Source of the DNA: Paraphysomonas bandaiensis
Lineage: Eukaryota > Protista > Chrysophyceae
Assembly: GCA_965644295.1 (NCBI GenBank)
Contig: CBFFRP010000378.1
Location: forward strand, 310,001 to 374,000
Direction: 5' to 3'
Length of the DNA stretch: 64,000 nt
Part shown: positions 11,984 to 25,727 of the stretch, one piece after another
Layout: each line of letters begins with the position of its first letter
Numbering within the stretch: the first letter of the stretch is position 1
The notes under the pieces: model-generated
What the model was told of the DNA's origin: nothing
Databases searched by the model: none
What the model saw: the letters and a program-made list of their open reading frames with translations, nothing else
Translations under genes and position numbers: made by a program

Positions 11984-13502
11984 TTATTTCATAAACTCCC
12001 AGTTAGTCACCATGATTTTGCTAATGCATTGCAGTGCATGTCTCTGGATCACCTTATCGCTGTGACCAATAAGTTCCATAGCAGAGTCTTTTCCACCCAA
12101 GCTCTTCACAACCCCACGACCATTGGGATAAAAACGGGTAAACTCACCTAGATCGTATAGTGCCACGGCGACTACAGTCTAAACAAAAAAGTAAAAATCG
12201 CACCACAACGTAGACACATCACTCACCGGTGAGTCGGACACCAACAGAGAGATGAGAACTTTTAGCATCTCAAAATCATTTCCTTCTAGTAGCTTTGCAT
12301 TCTCTCTCCAAAACTTCTCGGTGTGTACAATACCCCACCTATACAACATCAGAGACATAACACAAAACCATACATAAGATACCTCAGATTTCCAGTCTTG
12401 ACTTCACTCACCCACCGGTCGTAAGTGCTGAAATCTCTGTAGTTTCGCATCAAAACTTCGAAGAGGTTTCTCACGTCGTGCTCAACCTCAGGGTCACCAG
12501 CTTGCTTGTGTGCATTCGCATGGATCATGTTCTCAAGAATTTTAGTAAGGCCGCCTGTCAACATTTCTGTCAGTACGCCTTCGTCGTTTCCTGTAGTAAG
12601 ATTGAGAAGCGCAGCAATTGCCATCCTCACAACTTTTCTGCTGGGAGCAGCAAGAACCATCTCAGTTAGTGTCCCGATAGCGCCCGAATGAAGGAAAGCA
12701 GGAATGTCAGCAGCGTCGTCCAGAGATAATGTCCACAGACAGAAAGTCAAGTCATATAGTTGCTGTGCATTTCCATTTCGGCCAAGCCTGTTCATTACAT
12801 TAACAACAATTCCAATGCCACCTTTGGCTGCGAATGGTTTACGGCAAGATTCCTTACGCATTAATACTGTCAAGGCGGGAATGGATATATCCGTAGCACC
12901 CTGAGTGTCAGACGAGAGCATTTCGCAGAGCCATGTTATCAATGAATTGACCTCGCCTTTGCAAGCGGTGAGCAACAATGCAAGGCCGACAGAAGAAGAT
13001 TTCTGAATATAACTGTCATTTGAACGAAGGGCACGCAAAAATGGACCATCTTGGATATTAACACCGTCTACAGTAAAGAGAGCAGCACGAGAGGAAAATT
13101 CGGATTCGCTGCATTGCAATATTTCTTCCACACGGGTGAATACATACTGCTGTGCGGGAATACTTGCTGTACATTTATCTGCTAGCTTCATTAAAAGATT
13201 AGCAAGAGCCTTTGCAGATGTAGCATTGCCCATAGCGAAATCAATGTTGTCTTGAGCTCTTTCCAATAGTTGAAACTATATCATAATCTATTAATACACA
13301 TATATATATATATATATATAATTACTTCGCTTTGAGATAAAAATACTCCTGCACGAAGATATTCATCCCATCCAACTTGATCAAATAAATGTTTTGATGC
13401 CTCTTGTTTTTCCAATGCGGCTAAATCAAACACATGCTGCTCTAATGTTGGATCACCCACAGCTTCATCAAGTTCACCATATCTACTTCCAAATCTCGCC
13501 AT
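11984..13502 (-). CDS. ATP6V1H: V-type H+-ATPase subunit H
   Basis: Armadillo-like body with QQLYDLTFCLWTLS and KVVRMAIAALLNL. C-terminal VHTEKFWRENAK, ALYDLGEFTRFYPNGR and ALQCISKIMVTNW. Confidence 0.95.
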
Positions 13503-14379
13503 TTTTTTTAAATATAAGTTTTGTAACAAGTATGATATGTGTTGATATGATGCAAGAATAGTGTATGCAATGCTACTATAGGGAGATAGATGTGTGTTTA
13601 GTATGAATATATATGTATATAGAGATGTATTTTTCAATATGATATTACTGTATGTTGTTCTCAGATGGTGTATGTGTATGTGTTTAGGGTTCACCACGTA
13701 ACTTGAACAGACAAACTGAAATCAATCATTTTGAGTTTGTAAGGTTTGTATATAATACATGGTTTTGGATCAAAAATATGTAGAAAAACGGAAAAAATAG
13801 AAAATCTAGGCTTTAATCTATATAAATTAGGGATAATTAACTACAGAACTATCATTGTACTCTGGATATACAGAGTATACAACAGTATGTAGATTGAAAA
13901 TACAGGCTTCTCTTTTTCACACCAAAAATTGGTAATATATAGACCTAAAAAATTAATGCTCTAAAAACTGGTGAGATTAGAGAAAATCTAGAATGATATC
14001 CGAACAATCCAACCGACCCCACTAACCATTACAGCTATAATGCATGATATCACAATTGCCATTGCAACAACTATCATCGCCATTACATTCACAGCCAATT
14101 GTTTTTATATAATGCAAATGTATTATCTCTGACTCTCCTACTAAGGAATGGAATAAGATGTCACTATTACGGAATAATGAGCAAACGAGGACGTACTTTT
14201 GTTGGGGATAGTCAACCAATGATTGCAACCATAACGTATCATCGGAGTAACGGAGTGAGCCCTATTGCCTATACAATAGTTTCTAAAGCTGTCAACAAGC
14301 AGCTAAATATAGTGAAGAGCTCCTTGGTGTTAGATTTGAATTCTTGAAATCACGTGAATGTCTTTTGATAGAATGATTC

Positions 14380-14700
14380 TAAAGCGTTATCATATTGGAA
14401 AAAACAAGCTTTTCCAGCGCGTCTAGATTCTGCTGTCTACAATGGCTCTACTTGCCGTGAGTTGTAAACCATACCAATATGTTGATGCTGATTATTATAA
14501 GTTGTACACCAGTGCAACTTTATAATTATTGTTGATGAGCGAAAAGATTTACTGTATAATTCAGTTTCCTTTGCTGTTTGTTTCTTCTGACAACAAAGTG
14601 AACTGCTGTGCTTGTTTGAGACCCACAAGAGACATATGACTACAGCTCGGTGTGTGAATCAGTCCAATTTAATTTTTGTTCCAGGTCAAGATAAAGGTCA
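14380..14700 (-). pseudogene. Possible decayed hAT transposase fragment
   Basis: Minus-strand frames give IHTPSCSHMSLVGLKQA and, further on, TRWKSLF, resembling hAT CxAHxLNL and TRWNS motifs. Many stops. Confidence 0.3.
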
Positions 14701-15559
14701 ACATTTGTAATGTATTTTGGGACCCTCTCGATGGTCCAATTTGTTTCAATTACCACAATATTGACACGAAAACAACTTCAAAGGAAGTATTGAGATTAAT
14801 TAATAGCTGAAACTTCATGTTAATCGTACCACACTTCATGTCACTTACACTCTTGTACTTTCGAAACCTATGCTGCGTTTGTTTATTGTTTATTGGTAGG
14901 CACTTGAAAGCTGTTTCTTTTGAAATTATAACCGTTACTTGAAGACTAAAGCAATTGAAAAGTATTAGGAAAATTTAATGAAATAATATATTCTGGTTGT
15001 GAAAATGTCTCTTTAATTGTGGGTAATTAGGTGTCTATTTAATATCTAAGATCGGTATTATATTGATTGTTAATGGAGTACTGAAAGCAAAGTCAATTAC
15101 AAGTGATGATTGATGAGATATATATATCACAATTCACAATCATACTGAATAGAGAATTTGTTATTGCAGTGTTCAATTATTACTTGAATAGTAATTTGCA
15201 TCTAACCATCCTATGTATGTCAATTTCGAATAGGAAGCATCTACGTAATTACCAGGCAATCCTATATATCTATATATGTCAATTTAGGAATATATTCTAC
15301 AAATATCGTTTTTACATTGAACATCTAAAATTAATAACTCGAAAGCTGAAGAACGGGTTGCATATACACTGTGCTATTGAGACAATATTTCAACGAGATG
15401 TCGCCAATTAAAATTATTAAATATTTAGCAATTTTAGTATTGGCAATGTAATTCTTAAGACTGGCAGTATTATGTGCAATACCGCCAAATATTAAGACTT
15501 TTCAGTGTACACATGACATGTGCTTCACAACTCAGAATGTGAGTACGCGGTTAGTTTGC

Positions 15560-16395
15560 TTAGTAGTAGTTGTAGTCAACCCCGGCAGAGCAGTATGACA
15601 CATCACCCTTGTACTGTTTAATGGCAGGGGAGGTCCAGCCACCGAAAGGCACGAAGTCACTGAAGGATGAAACGCCGTCGTAGTGAGCGTACCTGTGCCA
15701 TGAAAAAATCAAACAAATGATTAACAATGCGTACTACAAAAATTATCATACCAGAGAGGGTACTTCTTGAACTGGGTTGAGCCGCCAGTGATGGGGTTCC
15801 ACTGACTGGAGCTTGTGTAAATACCTGTTCCGAAAACGTAAGTCAGAGACTTCAAAATTAAAAATACACATACCAAGGGTGACATTCTTCTTGAGGCCTT
15901 CATCAACCATGCCTTGGATGAAGTTGACGTTGTTGGAGGTGGAACTTGACCAGTATGATGTTCCCTCAACATCGATCCAGAGCATGCCATACTTAGCACC
16001 AGCATTCTTCAGTGCATTGACAGTGTCATCCATCTACGTCAGATCAGTCAGAAGGGTGTTATCATAATGATTTACACTGCAAACCTGCTTGGCTGGGTTA
16101 CCACAGGAGTAACAGGGGAAGATGTACCCATCGACATGCTTCATACCAGCGTTCCAGGCATTCTTAATAGTAGTTGGCCCTATTTATGTATCAGATATAT
16201 TTCACTTAATTCATATATCTTACCATTGGAATCAGTATGTCCACTGCTCTGATACACACGAACAACAGCAAAAGACTTTCCACCACTCACCATACATTCA
16301 AAAGAACTTTTGGATGTTGCTTGAGAGACATCAACTCCTTGTGTGGCACTTACAGCCGCAAATACAGTAGCAAGAATAGCAAGAACGTAAAACAT
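15560..16395 (-). CDS. Secreted GH25-type (protist-type) lysozyme, 5 exons
   Basis: Signal peptide, then [73 protein letters not shown]. Confidence 0.92.
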
Positions 16396-16698
16396 TTTCA
16401 ATTTGATAATATAACACTATCTGAGTCAATTACTATTAATTGAATGGTATCTTATATATAGAAATACACGTACATACGTGGTTTTTTAGGGGTTTCCCTC
16501 AGCTTGATGTCAATAAAACGCAGACACTGGCGAATGTAGTACAATGTGTGGTGTTTATACAATATATTTTTGAGTATGAGGAAACTACTAGTATGAGTAT
16601 GACATCTGTGATATCTCATATGTCATGTGGTAGGAATCTGAATCTACAGCATGAGCAGCAGGTACTTGAATGGTCCTTATGTTGATCATATCTTTCAG

Positions 16699-16825
16699 TT
16701 TGTGCATATGAAATCGATTTCATTGATTGAAAAATCATCGTTTTTAAAGTGAAAAAAAGTGACTTTTTAATGAAAAATGATGACTTTTCAATGAAATAAA
16801 CAATAAACAAATCAATAAAATCCAT
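16699..16825. mobile_element. Degenerate copy of the palindromic MITE at 41613-41783
   Basis: Shares gtgaaaaaaagtgactttttaatgaaaaa..gatgacttttcaatgaaataaa with that element. Termini eroded. Confidence 0.75.
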
Positions 16826-17001
16826 GTCCAAACTGACATTTGGCCATATCCATGTCCAGCAGTATACAGCCCACCTCTCTCCCAATCCACATATATTACC
16901 ACCATGCATATCTATTACCAAACAAGTTCCATTTACAAGAATAGAAGACTTCATATGAAACTATATCATAATTAAAGTTTAACATATATCAATATCATAC
17001 C

Positions 17002-18694
17002 ATGCAATTGAATATATCTACAGAGAAGCATCCAATATGGTTACAACTCTTATTTAATATTATTACTGTATTTTTATATCAGAAAATTATTAATTTCTTT
17101 TCAATATCTATTGAAGATAATAAACATACAGCACCATTTTGTTTTGTGATTATGTTTTTTGCAATCTATCATATCTGGCAATCAATGAATAATGTAAGAA
17201 ATATATATATATAATGATATGTAATATTGTAATGTTTATATTATGTAGTATTCAAATCGTTTTGGACAACTTGAATCATTTGTTGATTCCTCATTATATC
17301 TATTTGAATGTGTTATTATCGCCTGTATCAGTGTATCTGTTGAAGTAATGTCATTACGAGATAATCACAAAGAGCGTTTAGCGATGAGTGAATTTGCCAT
17401 TGGTCTTGCGTTAGCTCATGCAGGTATATTATTGGCAAACCTTCGAGTGTTCTACTTGGTTAAAGGTGCACAAGGGTTTCCCCTTATTCTTGTGATATCC
17501 GAATTAGTGAGCATCAGTGTGTGGCTGATATCGGGGCTAGTACATTGTGAAAAGTACATTGTTTTTGTTCTGTGGGCAGCAGCAGTATCTTGGGAGTTTG
17601 TACAGTGCTTTTTATATGAGTTGTATGTATCTTACTTCCCCTTTAAATATTTTGGCATTCAGTACAATGTAGTACCTCTAAATGTTAACCTTGCTGCGGA
17701 GCGACTGGGCTTACTTGTAATTATCGCCATTGGTGAAACTGTAGCGGTAGTATTTGGGTCTAACCTGACTGATCAAACCTATGGTGGTACTATTTTGACC
17801 ATTCTTCAAGGGTTTCTATTCAAGTTTGCGTACTTTGATGTCTATGACTGCACTGGTGATATAACTGGCCCCACTCATGCAATGAAAGTATCGAAATTAA
17901 ATGGTTCACTTTTCATGAAACTGCATGAGTGCTTAGTGGGTGCTATATTAGTGGCCTCCATGTATTTACGATACAATTTTTCGGGTGATCGTATTGGTGG
18001 CATTGCCTACTCCGAACTACAGCGAGAGGGAAAGATATATCGCCAATTGGTCTACACTATTTCAGTAGGGCTGGTGATGCTATTTTGTTACGGCCTTTCA
18101 GTCTTACACGTTCGCACCAAAGAACGGGTCAAGACGGAGGTAGCCCGCCTAACGGCTAGAGGTGTATTTACTTTCGGTTGCTCAGCGATTCTATGTCTTA
18201 TGGGGGGGTTTGTTGAGTTCGAGGACACATTGGAGCTCCAAGCGCTTGCTCTTGTTATATTTGGTATATGTATTTGTTTTGAGTTTATGTGCAAATGGTT
18301 ATTTCTGGATATTCCTGTTATGACTGAAGTTAATGGTCGAGCTGAGACTCATGTAGTTGATGGGTTGAAGATTGATAATCACAGCAACAATGGTTCTGGG
18401 TTAATTTATGCCGGTACGACCACTCACTTTTACCTATGTTATCTGTATAATCGTTATCTCTTGTACTTCACTGTTTTTGCAGGAGACAGTCAAAACTTCC
18501 AGTCGGCGTTACAACAAGTACCATCGACTTATTTTTTGAGCGAAAGGGTCTCGGAACGATGCAAATTCGAGAATAGCATCTATGTGGACGTATGCGATAG
18601 TGTGAATGATGGTCAGCCAGCATCTTCGAATACTACTTTTGTTCCAAGCCGAGACTTGGTTGATATGACAGAAGGAACTTACAAATCAGTTTAA
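17002..18694 (+). CDS. LtrA (low temperature requirement A)-like multi-pass membrane protein
   Basis: WLQLLFNIITV, FFAIYHIWQSMNN|YSNRFG and LAAERLGLLVIIAIGETV match LtrA-family motifs. Confidence 0.75.
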
Positions 18695-19114
18695 CCTTCA
18701 CTGTATTTGGCACCAACCACTCTTGTTTTTTCACGTCTGCGATTGTTTTCTCACTTCTGTTTTTTATCAAATTTGTATGTCGATTGCGTTTGTACATTAT
18801 CGAAGTTGTGTTCTATTGCTTTGGTCATCATTGCCAAATTTGTTTTTCATTGTTTTGGCTCTTTATGAAGTATATATCTATTGCTAGTAGTTGTAGGTAT
18901 AACTGTGCTTCCTTATTATAGAGTTGACCTTTTAATGATCCATACCGTAATTAATTTATTTCCTTCTTTTGACGATGCACTTTTTAACATTTCAGATACA
19001 CCAAAGCCAATCAATAAACATGCACGCCATGTGTATCATTCCAAGATTAAATGATTGCATAGCATATCTAATAACATATAGATATAAGCCAACACCTTAT
19101 TACACCAACTGAAT

Positions 19115-20340
19115 TTATCCTCTCGCCAAACGGACGTAGTCAATCACATGGTATGTTGGAGACACCGTACGGTCGTCTGGTTCGCCAGGCCACCCACCCC
19201 CTACAGCAGTGTTAAGAATCAAGTAAAACGGCTTTGGCCACAAAAGCACGTCAAGATCAGACGATGTGCTATTGATAAGAACTTTTCCGTCTATGCTGAA
19301 CGCGATGTAGTCCGCAGACCGCTCTACACCAAATTCATGAAAAGAATCCGCCCACGAAGATTCCATATCCAGCTCGGCATATATTTCTTCGTGCCCCTCG
19401 GGATATGCGCACGATTCCGCTGGCCAGTTAGATTGCCAGTGATAGGTTGCCCAATGCGTGCCATCGCCATTTACCATCTGTACTCACGATTAAACGTAGC
19501 ACAAAAAATGCCATTTAATGGCATAAAATCCATAGGCATATCATCAACACCCACGTTTCAAAGACAGCGAGTCGTATAGAGTATACGAATAATTCATCTA
19601 TACCTCCATGATGTCCATCTCTCCTTCATCTGGGTCACAAGAGTCATCATGTGGCATCATCCAGTGTGCAGGCCTGCATCGTACCCAAATTAGACTCGCA
19701 TATTATGTTAGGACAACTAGTTTACTAAAACAGACTACCAAACTACGAGCTGTAACAATATACAGATTCAAGAGAGCAATACATGAGGTTGACGTTTATA
19801 CTTTAACTACTGCGAACTTACCATATTCCTTGTCCGGCCCCGTCTCCACTTGCACCTCCAGGTAGCTTGGCGGAAATACACATTCTATACGGCCCGTCAT
19901 CAGTTGTCCACGCCGCCTTGTCCCAAGTCTTGACAGCTCCTGTGGTCCATGCCGATGAGTTGTTGGGATCGCGAGCAGATGTCAGTGTCAAGTAACTAAT
20001 CAGACAATATTTGTATTAGACAGCTGAGATATATTCCCCATATACAAATATACATACATATACATACATATACATACATTCATACTCACCCATCGCCAAC
20101 AGACACTGCCTCAGGTACACATACAGCAGATCGACATTCAGCTCCATTACTTGAAACATGTGTTAAAAATGGGAGACTTTCACATCCATTAGCTTCTAAA
20201 TCATTACAAACAACACTCCATTTCGATGTGTCTAGTTTATCATCCTCAAACTCATCAGACCATTCAATAGTACCCCAGTCATCACACCATCCTGCTAGAG
20301 TTTGGTAGATAATGAGAGCTGTGGTTATGAATCGTATCAT
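19115..20340 (-). CDS. Secreted GH16 beta-1,3-glucanase/laminarinase-like protein
   Basis: Signal peptide, EWSDEFE, PAHWMMP, catalytic GEMDIME, FHEFGVER, PFYLILNTAVGGGWPG, IDYVR. Confidence 0.92.
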
Positions 20341-20577
20341 GTTTTCTGGTTGTATAGGTTTGATATAGTAGAGTATAGTATTGATGATACTATAAGATGT
20401 ATATGGTATAACTATATGTACCTGCTGTGTGCATATCGACGTACTAGCACAGCTGTACATATACTCTTTTTTTTTTGCTATTACAGTACATTTTTACAAT
20501 CAACCTATATAGAAATACACTATGAATGTTTATGCATATTCACTTGGGCAAAAAAAATTTACGTCCTACATACATAA

Positions 20578-20727
20578 GGGCGTGTCTAAAACTTTTTGGG
20601 TAGGAAAGGTAAAAGGGTAAAAAGGTAAAAAAACGGCATTACCCATCGTACCTTTCGTGTTTTTCTTGCTAAAACTTTTTGGGTAAAGGTAATGGGGAAA
20701 AATTTTACCCATTTACCCTAAAAAAAA
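20578..20727. repeat. MITE-like remnant in a divergent promoter
   Basis: TAA-GGGCGTGT start. ctaaaactttttgggta occurs twice (20586, 20669). Multiple GGTAA/TTACC subrepeats. No second terminus found. Confidence 0.4.
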
Positions 20728-20916
20728 TCATGCAGTACATAGTATTGATTATACGTAGTCTGGTACCTGTAAATATATAAATACACATCATCATATCGCT
20801 CGAAGTGAACATGTTTACACTTCACTCACTTCTCTCTCATATAATCCCAGGTACTATCTATACACTAAGTTCATTAGCTATACAATCTTATCATCTATAT
20901 ACATTATTCACTGACT

Positions 20917-21834
20917 ATGAATGACGATACAACTACAAAAACAGAAGGTAAATATTCATATTCATATACTGTGTATACTTCTATAGAGTACTATACGTAT
21001 ATATATATATATATATATAGAAACAACTGCATACTAACATACTCTCATATTACAGAAAGTAAAGATCAAGATCATAATGATACATCTAAAGACACTGATA
21101 ATACATCATCTGAACCATCTAGAAAGAAATATCGTTTACGTCCACCGTCATCAAAATCTCTTATAGATACAGAAAGTAAAGAACAAGATCAGAATGATCA
21201 TTCAGAGTGTCCAAAAGAATTAATATGGTCACGTGATTATTTATTTAATGGTATTGATAAGAATATTCGTATGGGTATACGGATGGATACAGTTGCATCA
21301 TTCTCTGTAACAGAATCACGTATGGCAGATCGTATGACTGAAACTATTATGCGATATGTACCATATGGTAAAGATACGATTATATTTGATGGTATGTCAT
21401 GTGTTGGTGGTAACACAATATCATTTGCAAAATATTTTAATCGTGTTTTATCTAATGAGTTTGATAAGTCACGGTATGATATGCTTATCCATAATGTCAG
21501 AGATGTGATTGGACTAGATAATGTGGTTTACTTCAACGATTCCATTCTTACGTTGGCGCTCACTCAATCTTATGATGTTCTCTTTCTTGATCCTGAGTGG
21601 GGAGGTCCGGATTACAAGCACAAGAAAAATCTCCGCCTGCATATAGGGGATGAGCCCGTGGAAGACTTTTGCAGTCGAGTTCTTCAAGGCACTTCTGTTT
21701 CTATGATTGCTCTAAAATTGCCTGTAAATTATGACAATGATTACATGAGGCAGTTTGCTGAGGAAAACGATTGCAAGTATTCATTTTTCAGTAATTTTAG
21801 GAAGATGACACTGACAATTTTACGAAGAAAATAG
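20917..21834 (+). CDS. RNA cap guanine-N2 methyltransferase (Tgs-like)
   Basis: FSVTE, SAM motif IFDGMSCVGGNTISFA, LFLDPEWGGPDY, ALKLPVNY. Confidence 0.85.
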   Translation: MNDDTTTKTEGKYSYSYTVYTSIEYYTYIYIYIYRNNCILTYSHITESKDQDHNDTSKDTDNTSSEPSRKKYRLRPPSSKSLIDTESKEQDQNDHSECPKELIWSRDYLFNGIDKNIRMGIRMDTVASFSVTESRMADRMTETIMRYVPYGKDTIIFDGMSCVGGNTISFAKYFNRVLSNEFDKSRYDMLIHNVRDVIGLDNVVYFNDSILTLALTQSYDVLFLDPEWGGPDYKHKKNLRLHIGDEPVEDFCSRVLQGTSVSMIALKLPVNYDNDYMRQFAEENDCKYSFFSNFRKMTLTILRRK

Positions 21835-22646
21835 GCCACCATAATTGTGTCTACATGTCATAGTTGTTCGAATTTATTGTTGCCTCAGTAAGATACAAAG
21901 AGTTTAACTCATGTAGTTTCTACAAGACTATGGAGCGAAAGTATTCGAAGTATGTAAGAGTCCGAGTTAATGACACACGAAACCTAGTTTTAGCTAAAAC
22001 TTGCGTATGTTCTGATTGGAGTTAATTTGTGCAAATATTCTTATGGCATTCATACTCGAAAGTAATAAGCAGACTTGCGTAGCAACTGAATTGCTAAGTA
22101 AATTAATTGCTTTGAAAAAGATAATTGCAATTATTGTTATTGAATATCTCTCGCCTATTAATTGCACTTTATTGGCTGGCTTAATATGTAATAAAAATAC
22201 TGTATGGTTTATAATTCCCAGTTCCCACTACTACACGACACCTCATATGCTATATGCTACTCGCTGGGTATTCTGCTGCAGCTCTACAGTCCACTTCAAT
22301 GATACTGTCTCTAAGAATATATCAACTCTGTGTCATGAAAATCTCCTTCTTTCTTTCTTTGTCAAGATATGACACAATTGGATGATTTACTAAGTTAACT
22401 GGACGTGTATTCACTCATTAATCTTATTACAAAATTATAATCAATATCTCTTCTCATTCATCAATTTCATGTTATCTCTACGACCAATCATTTCTCGTAC
22501 GATCTTACATCGTCACTATCTTGTATGATCACTATATTATATTCAGTTTCATTACTACAATAGCCATCACGTTGTTAGTTCTCATAATACTGTTAACTGT
22601 TAATCACTACTGTATTCTTCGACTAATTATGTTAATAAGCTATATG

Positions 22647-23183
22647 CCCTCAACAAAGTCGGATTCGCACCTTTTCATGGTGTTCTGCGGGATAAGTACC
22701 GGAGATATTTCTCCGGGAAACTAACGTGAGCCGCAAACATAGTCAGTAGATAGCGTTCTGCCCACTCATAGCCGAATGCTTGTGTGTTGTGTGGTACATG
22801 AGACACTAATAAGTGTGTTTAGGCCTTGACGAATAAACAGGCATCCGGAAAGGGGCCCACCTCAAGGGTATCCGGGACATGCTAAGGGTAACCGGGAGTT
22901 TGTTCACCTTAAGGACTCAAAAAACCTGAAGTCAGCAGATGTCAGGTGTACCAACATTCTGCTTGCTCATGGCGTTAGCATTGACGATAGGGCGGAGGTG
23001 GTTGCACCTTGGAGCTTGCGGCGCCCACAAGCAGTCTCCGTAGCGTTAAATAGTAGGATAATAGAGTTTGTACTAGTTGGTTACAGGTAGACGTTTATCT
23101 AGCTTGACTATTTTTCTTCTAGCTACTATAAACTGGTGTTGATTAGTAACGCCTATTGCTAATAATAAGACTTTTAATAATAA
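22647..23183 (+). mobile_element. Non-autonomous non-LTR retroposon, copy 1 (5' HDV-like ribozyme module)
   Basis: Starts CCCTCAACAAAGTCGG and ends gactttTAATAATAA. 10-bp TSD aagctatatg at 22637-22646 and 23184-23193. Homologous to five other loci in the window. Confidence 0.9.
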
Positions 23184-23784
23184 AAGCTATATGTGTGTAT
23201 ACGTTAGGGGACCACTATTTGACGCTAATATCATCAGTAGTGTGTGCGCGCGATATTGATGCATGAAGCAATTTTAAATAGCACTACCACGAAATATTCG
23301 TTTTGCCTTCACTTCTATTGCTGGCTTTCTGAATACCTTTCTGAACAACAATCTCATCCTAAAGATGCTAATGATTTGCACGCATAAACATCAACCACAA
23401 AATTAATGAAGTTAACTAATTAATAAATCATACCTCGCAGTGTTTCGGATCTTATCACTTAATACATAGTGCAGCGAAGTGGAACAAAAGACGTGATATA
23501 CATGTGTGCATTATACTTGTTTATATATTTAGTACAAAATATAGCTTGCACTAATTCAGTTTCGTATATTTTCAAGTTCTGCTGAAAGCAGACATACGCC
23601 GTAAAATATATCACCCACCCGTTACTTTTGGCTACACAAGTTCTCAGAATAGGTAGTGATTAAAATGACTGAAAGTACCATACTTATATGTTATACTCTC
23701 TATTTGCTAATATCAACCAATCTTCAATTAAGTTGTGAGTAGCCGATATATATCTACGCATACCACTTAATCCAACTCAACGCA

Positions 23785-25727
23785 TTAATTCTGCGCAGTC
23801 CCCTCCTCTCCGTCGCTACTGTCCTCATTATTCTCATCTACTTCTCTACTGCCTTCTGCGGCGCTAAACTTCTTTTCTGGATGTTTCAAGGGAGCAACAC
23901 CGAGTTTGACCAGTACCTTCTCAAGCTCCTCTTTGCCAATCTTCCCAGAGTTGTCAGTGTCGTATTCCTTAAACAGAGATTCAAGAGCCTCTCTATCGAC
24001 ATTGTAGTTCTTCTGGAAGCGCCTATCAGGTGACACGACACCATCCATAACTTCCTCGTCCTCTTCTGCGGCGAGATAACGACATAATCTCCAAGCAACC
24101 TACACGATGACCGCAGAGATCACAATGGCGATAAAACAAATTAGTATCTGACCTTTTGTACAAACTGTTCTGTAGTAAGCCCCTTGGGACCAGCCATATC
24201 ACGCGTTCCCTGACCGTAGCGGAAAGTGTTGTACACTGCTCGCCGCAAGTGACTAGTAAACTTTAAGACAGCATTTGCCGACTGCTTATCTGAAAAAACG
24301 TATTGTAAAATACCACACCTATACACATCCAATATGACAATACCTTTGCCGTCATATAAGCGAGCTGAATGCTCAATAGCACCTACAATGAAAAGATGTT
24401 AACAATCCCTGAAAATTCCAGGTGTATACACACCGATCAAAGCTTCAGTCAGTCCAAGAGGATTTAAACTGGTTTCTTCTCCACGTAAGTGAGCATGATA
24501 CAAATCTGTTACTGTGCCATGAGAGGCTTCGAATTCTAAACGAATACTTGACATTAAACTAATAAAAATTGTTCAAGACATATACCCCTAATCACCCTCC
24601 CATCTGCAGTGCGGCCAACAAGATTCGAGGTGATAAACCCAGGAGAGCGGTGCACCTAATAGCATATCAGACAGAAATAGAATATCACTGACTGTCACCG
24701 ACACTATATCGCATTGCAATAAGTATATCTAAGTCATATGTAATTTTACCTGAGCAATCTCATCTGTGAGCATATCACCATCATAATTATGTGCGGCCAT
24801 TCCAAACCCTCCCTTTGTCCAGCGAATGATTTGCATGGTAGCGGCATCAGAGATGAGATGTTCCAATTTGCCATCAGGAATGATTCCGGCTTCTTTAAAT
24901 TTTGCGCTATAGTGTTCATCGAATACCTCCTTCATTTTCACCCAAAACCCTTCTTGCCATTTGAAGACAGTCTTCTTCGTGACAACATAGGGCACAACCT
25001 TGGCTTCGAGGCACCTGCTAAAGAAATGGTGTGCCATCTGGGGAACATTATCCAACGGGTTATGATATGTGACTGCGACATTTTCGTTGTCACTCAAAAC
25101 TCGGTCATCCACAAACACGGGTGAGCTACCGTCATCCGGAAAGAAAAGAGTGAGTAAACGACCTGCACCCACTTGCTTCCACCCTGCCCCATACTCTCCA
25201 CCCACTGCATGCCTATCAAAAAATACAGGCTTCTGATATCCAAGCTCAACATCTGGAATATGGATAGTATCTCGCGAAATTGAAATACCATTCCAACCCC
25301 TGCGCATAATACCGTTGGGACTACTGAGGGGCCTCTTCAGACCAAACTCCTTCACTTGTTTCGCAGATGGGGTAATTGTTGGCTCTTTAAAAATTGCACA
25401 TATTCTAGCCCCAGCCTCAACTGCATCAACTAACACTTGATCGTCTGTATCATCTCTGACTTTGCAACTTAAGTCATACATTTCCCAACGTGATATATCT
25501 AAATGAGGTCTTATCCAGTGCTCAAGAATAAGTTCCATTCCATAACGAGTCATTTCTTCACCAGATATATACACCATAGGTGTTGCTGTAACTTTCTCAT
25601 GTCCCGGATATATGTATGGATGTGAGGGTTTGTAACGACTTGTTCTCATGAATGAATATGGGCGATATGCTGCATTACCAGCCCTCCTGCAGCCCACTAT
25701 TCGATAGTTTACTGCTCTGCTAAGCAT
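23785..25727 (-). CDS. IDH: Isocitrate dehydrogenase (algal/stramenopile homodimeric type) with C-terminal EF-hand and likely mitochondrial presequence
   Basis: ISGEEMTR, KEPTITP, SPNGIMRR, DRHAVGGEY, KKTVFK, HNYDGDMLTD, EASHGTV. C-terminal EF-hand FKEYDTDNSGKIGKEEL. Confidence 0.93.
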
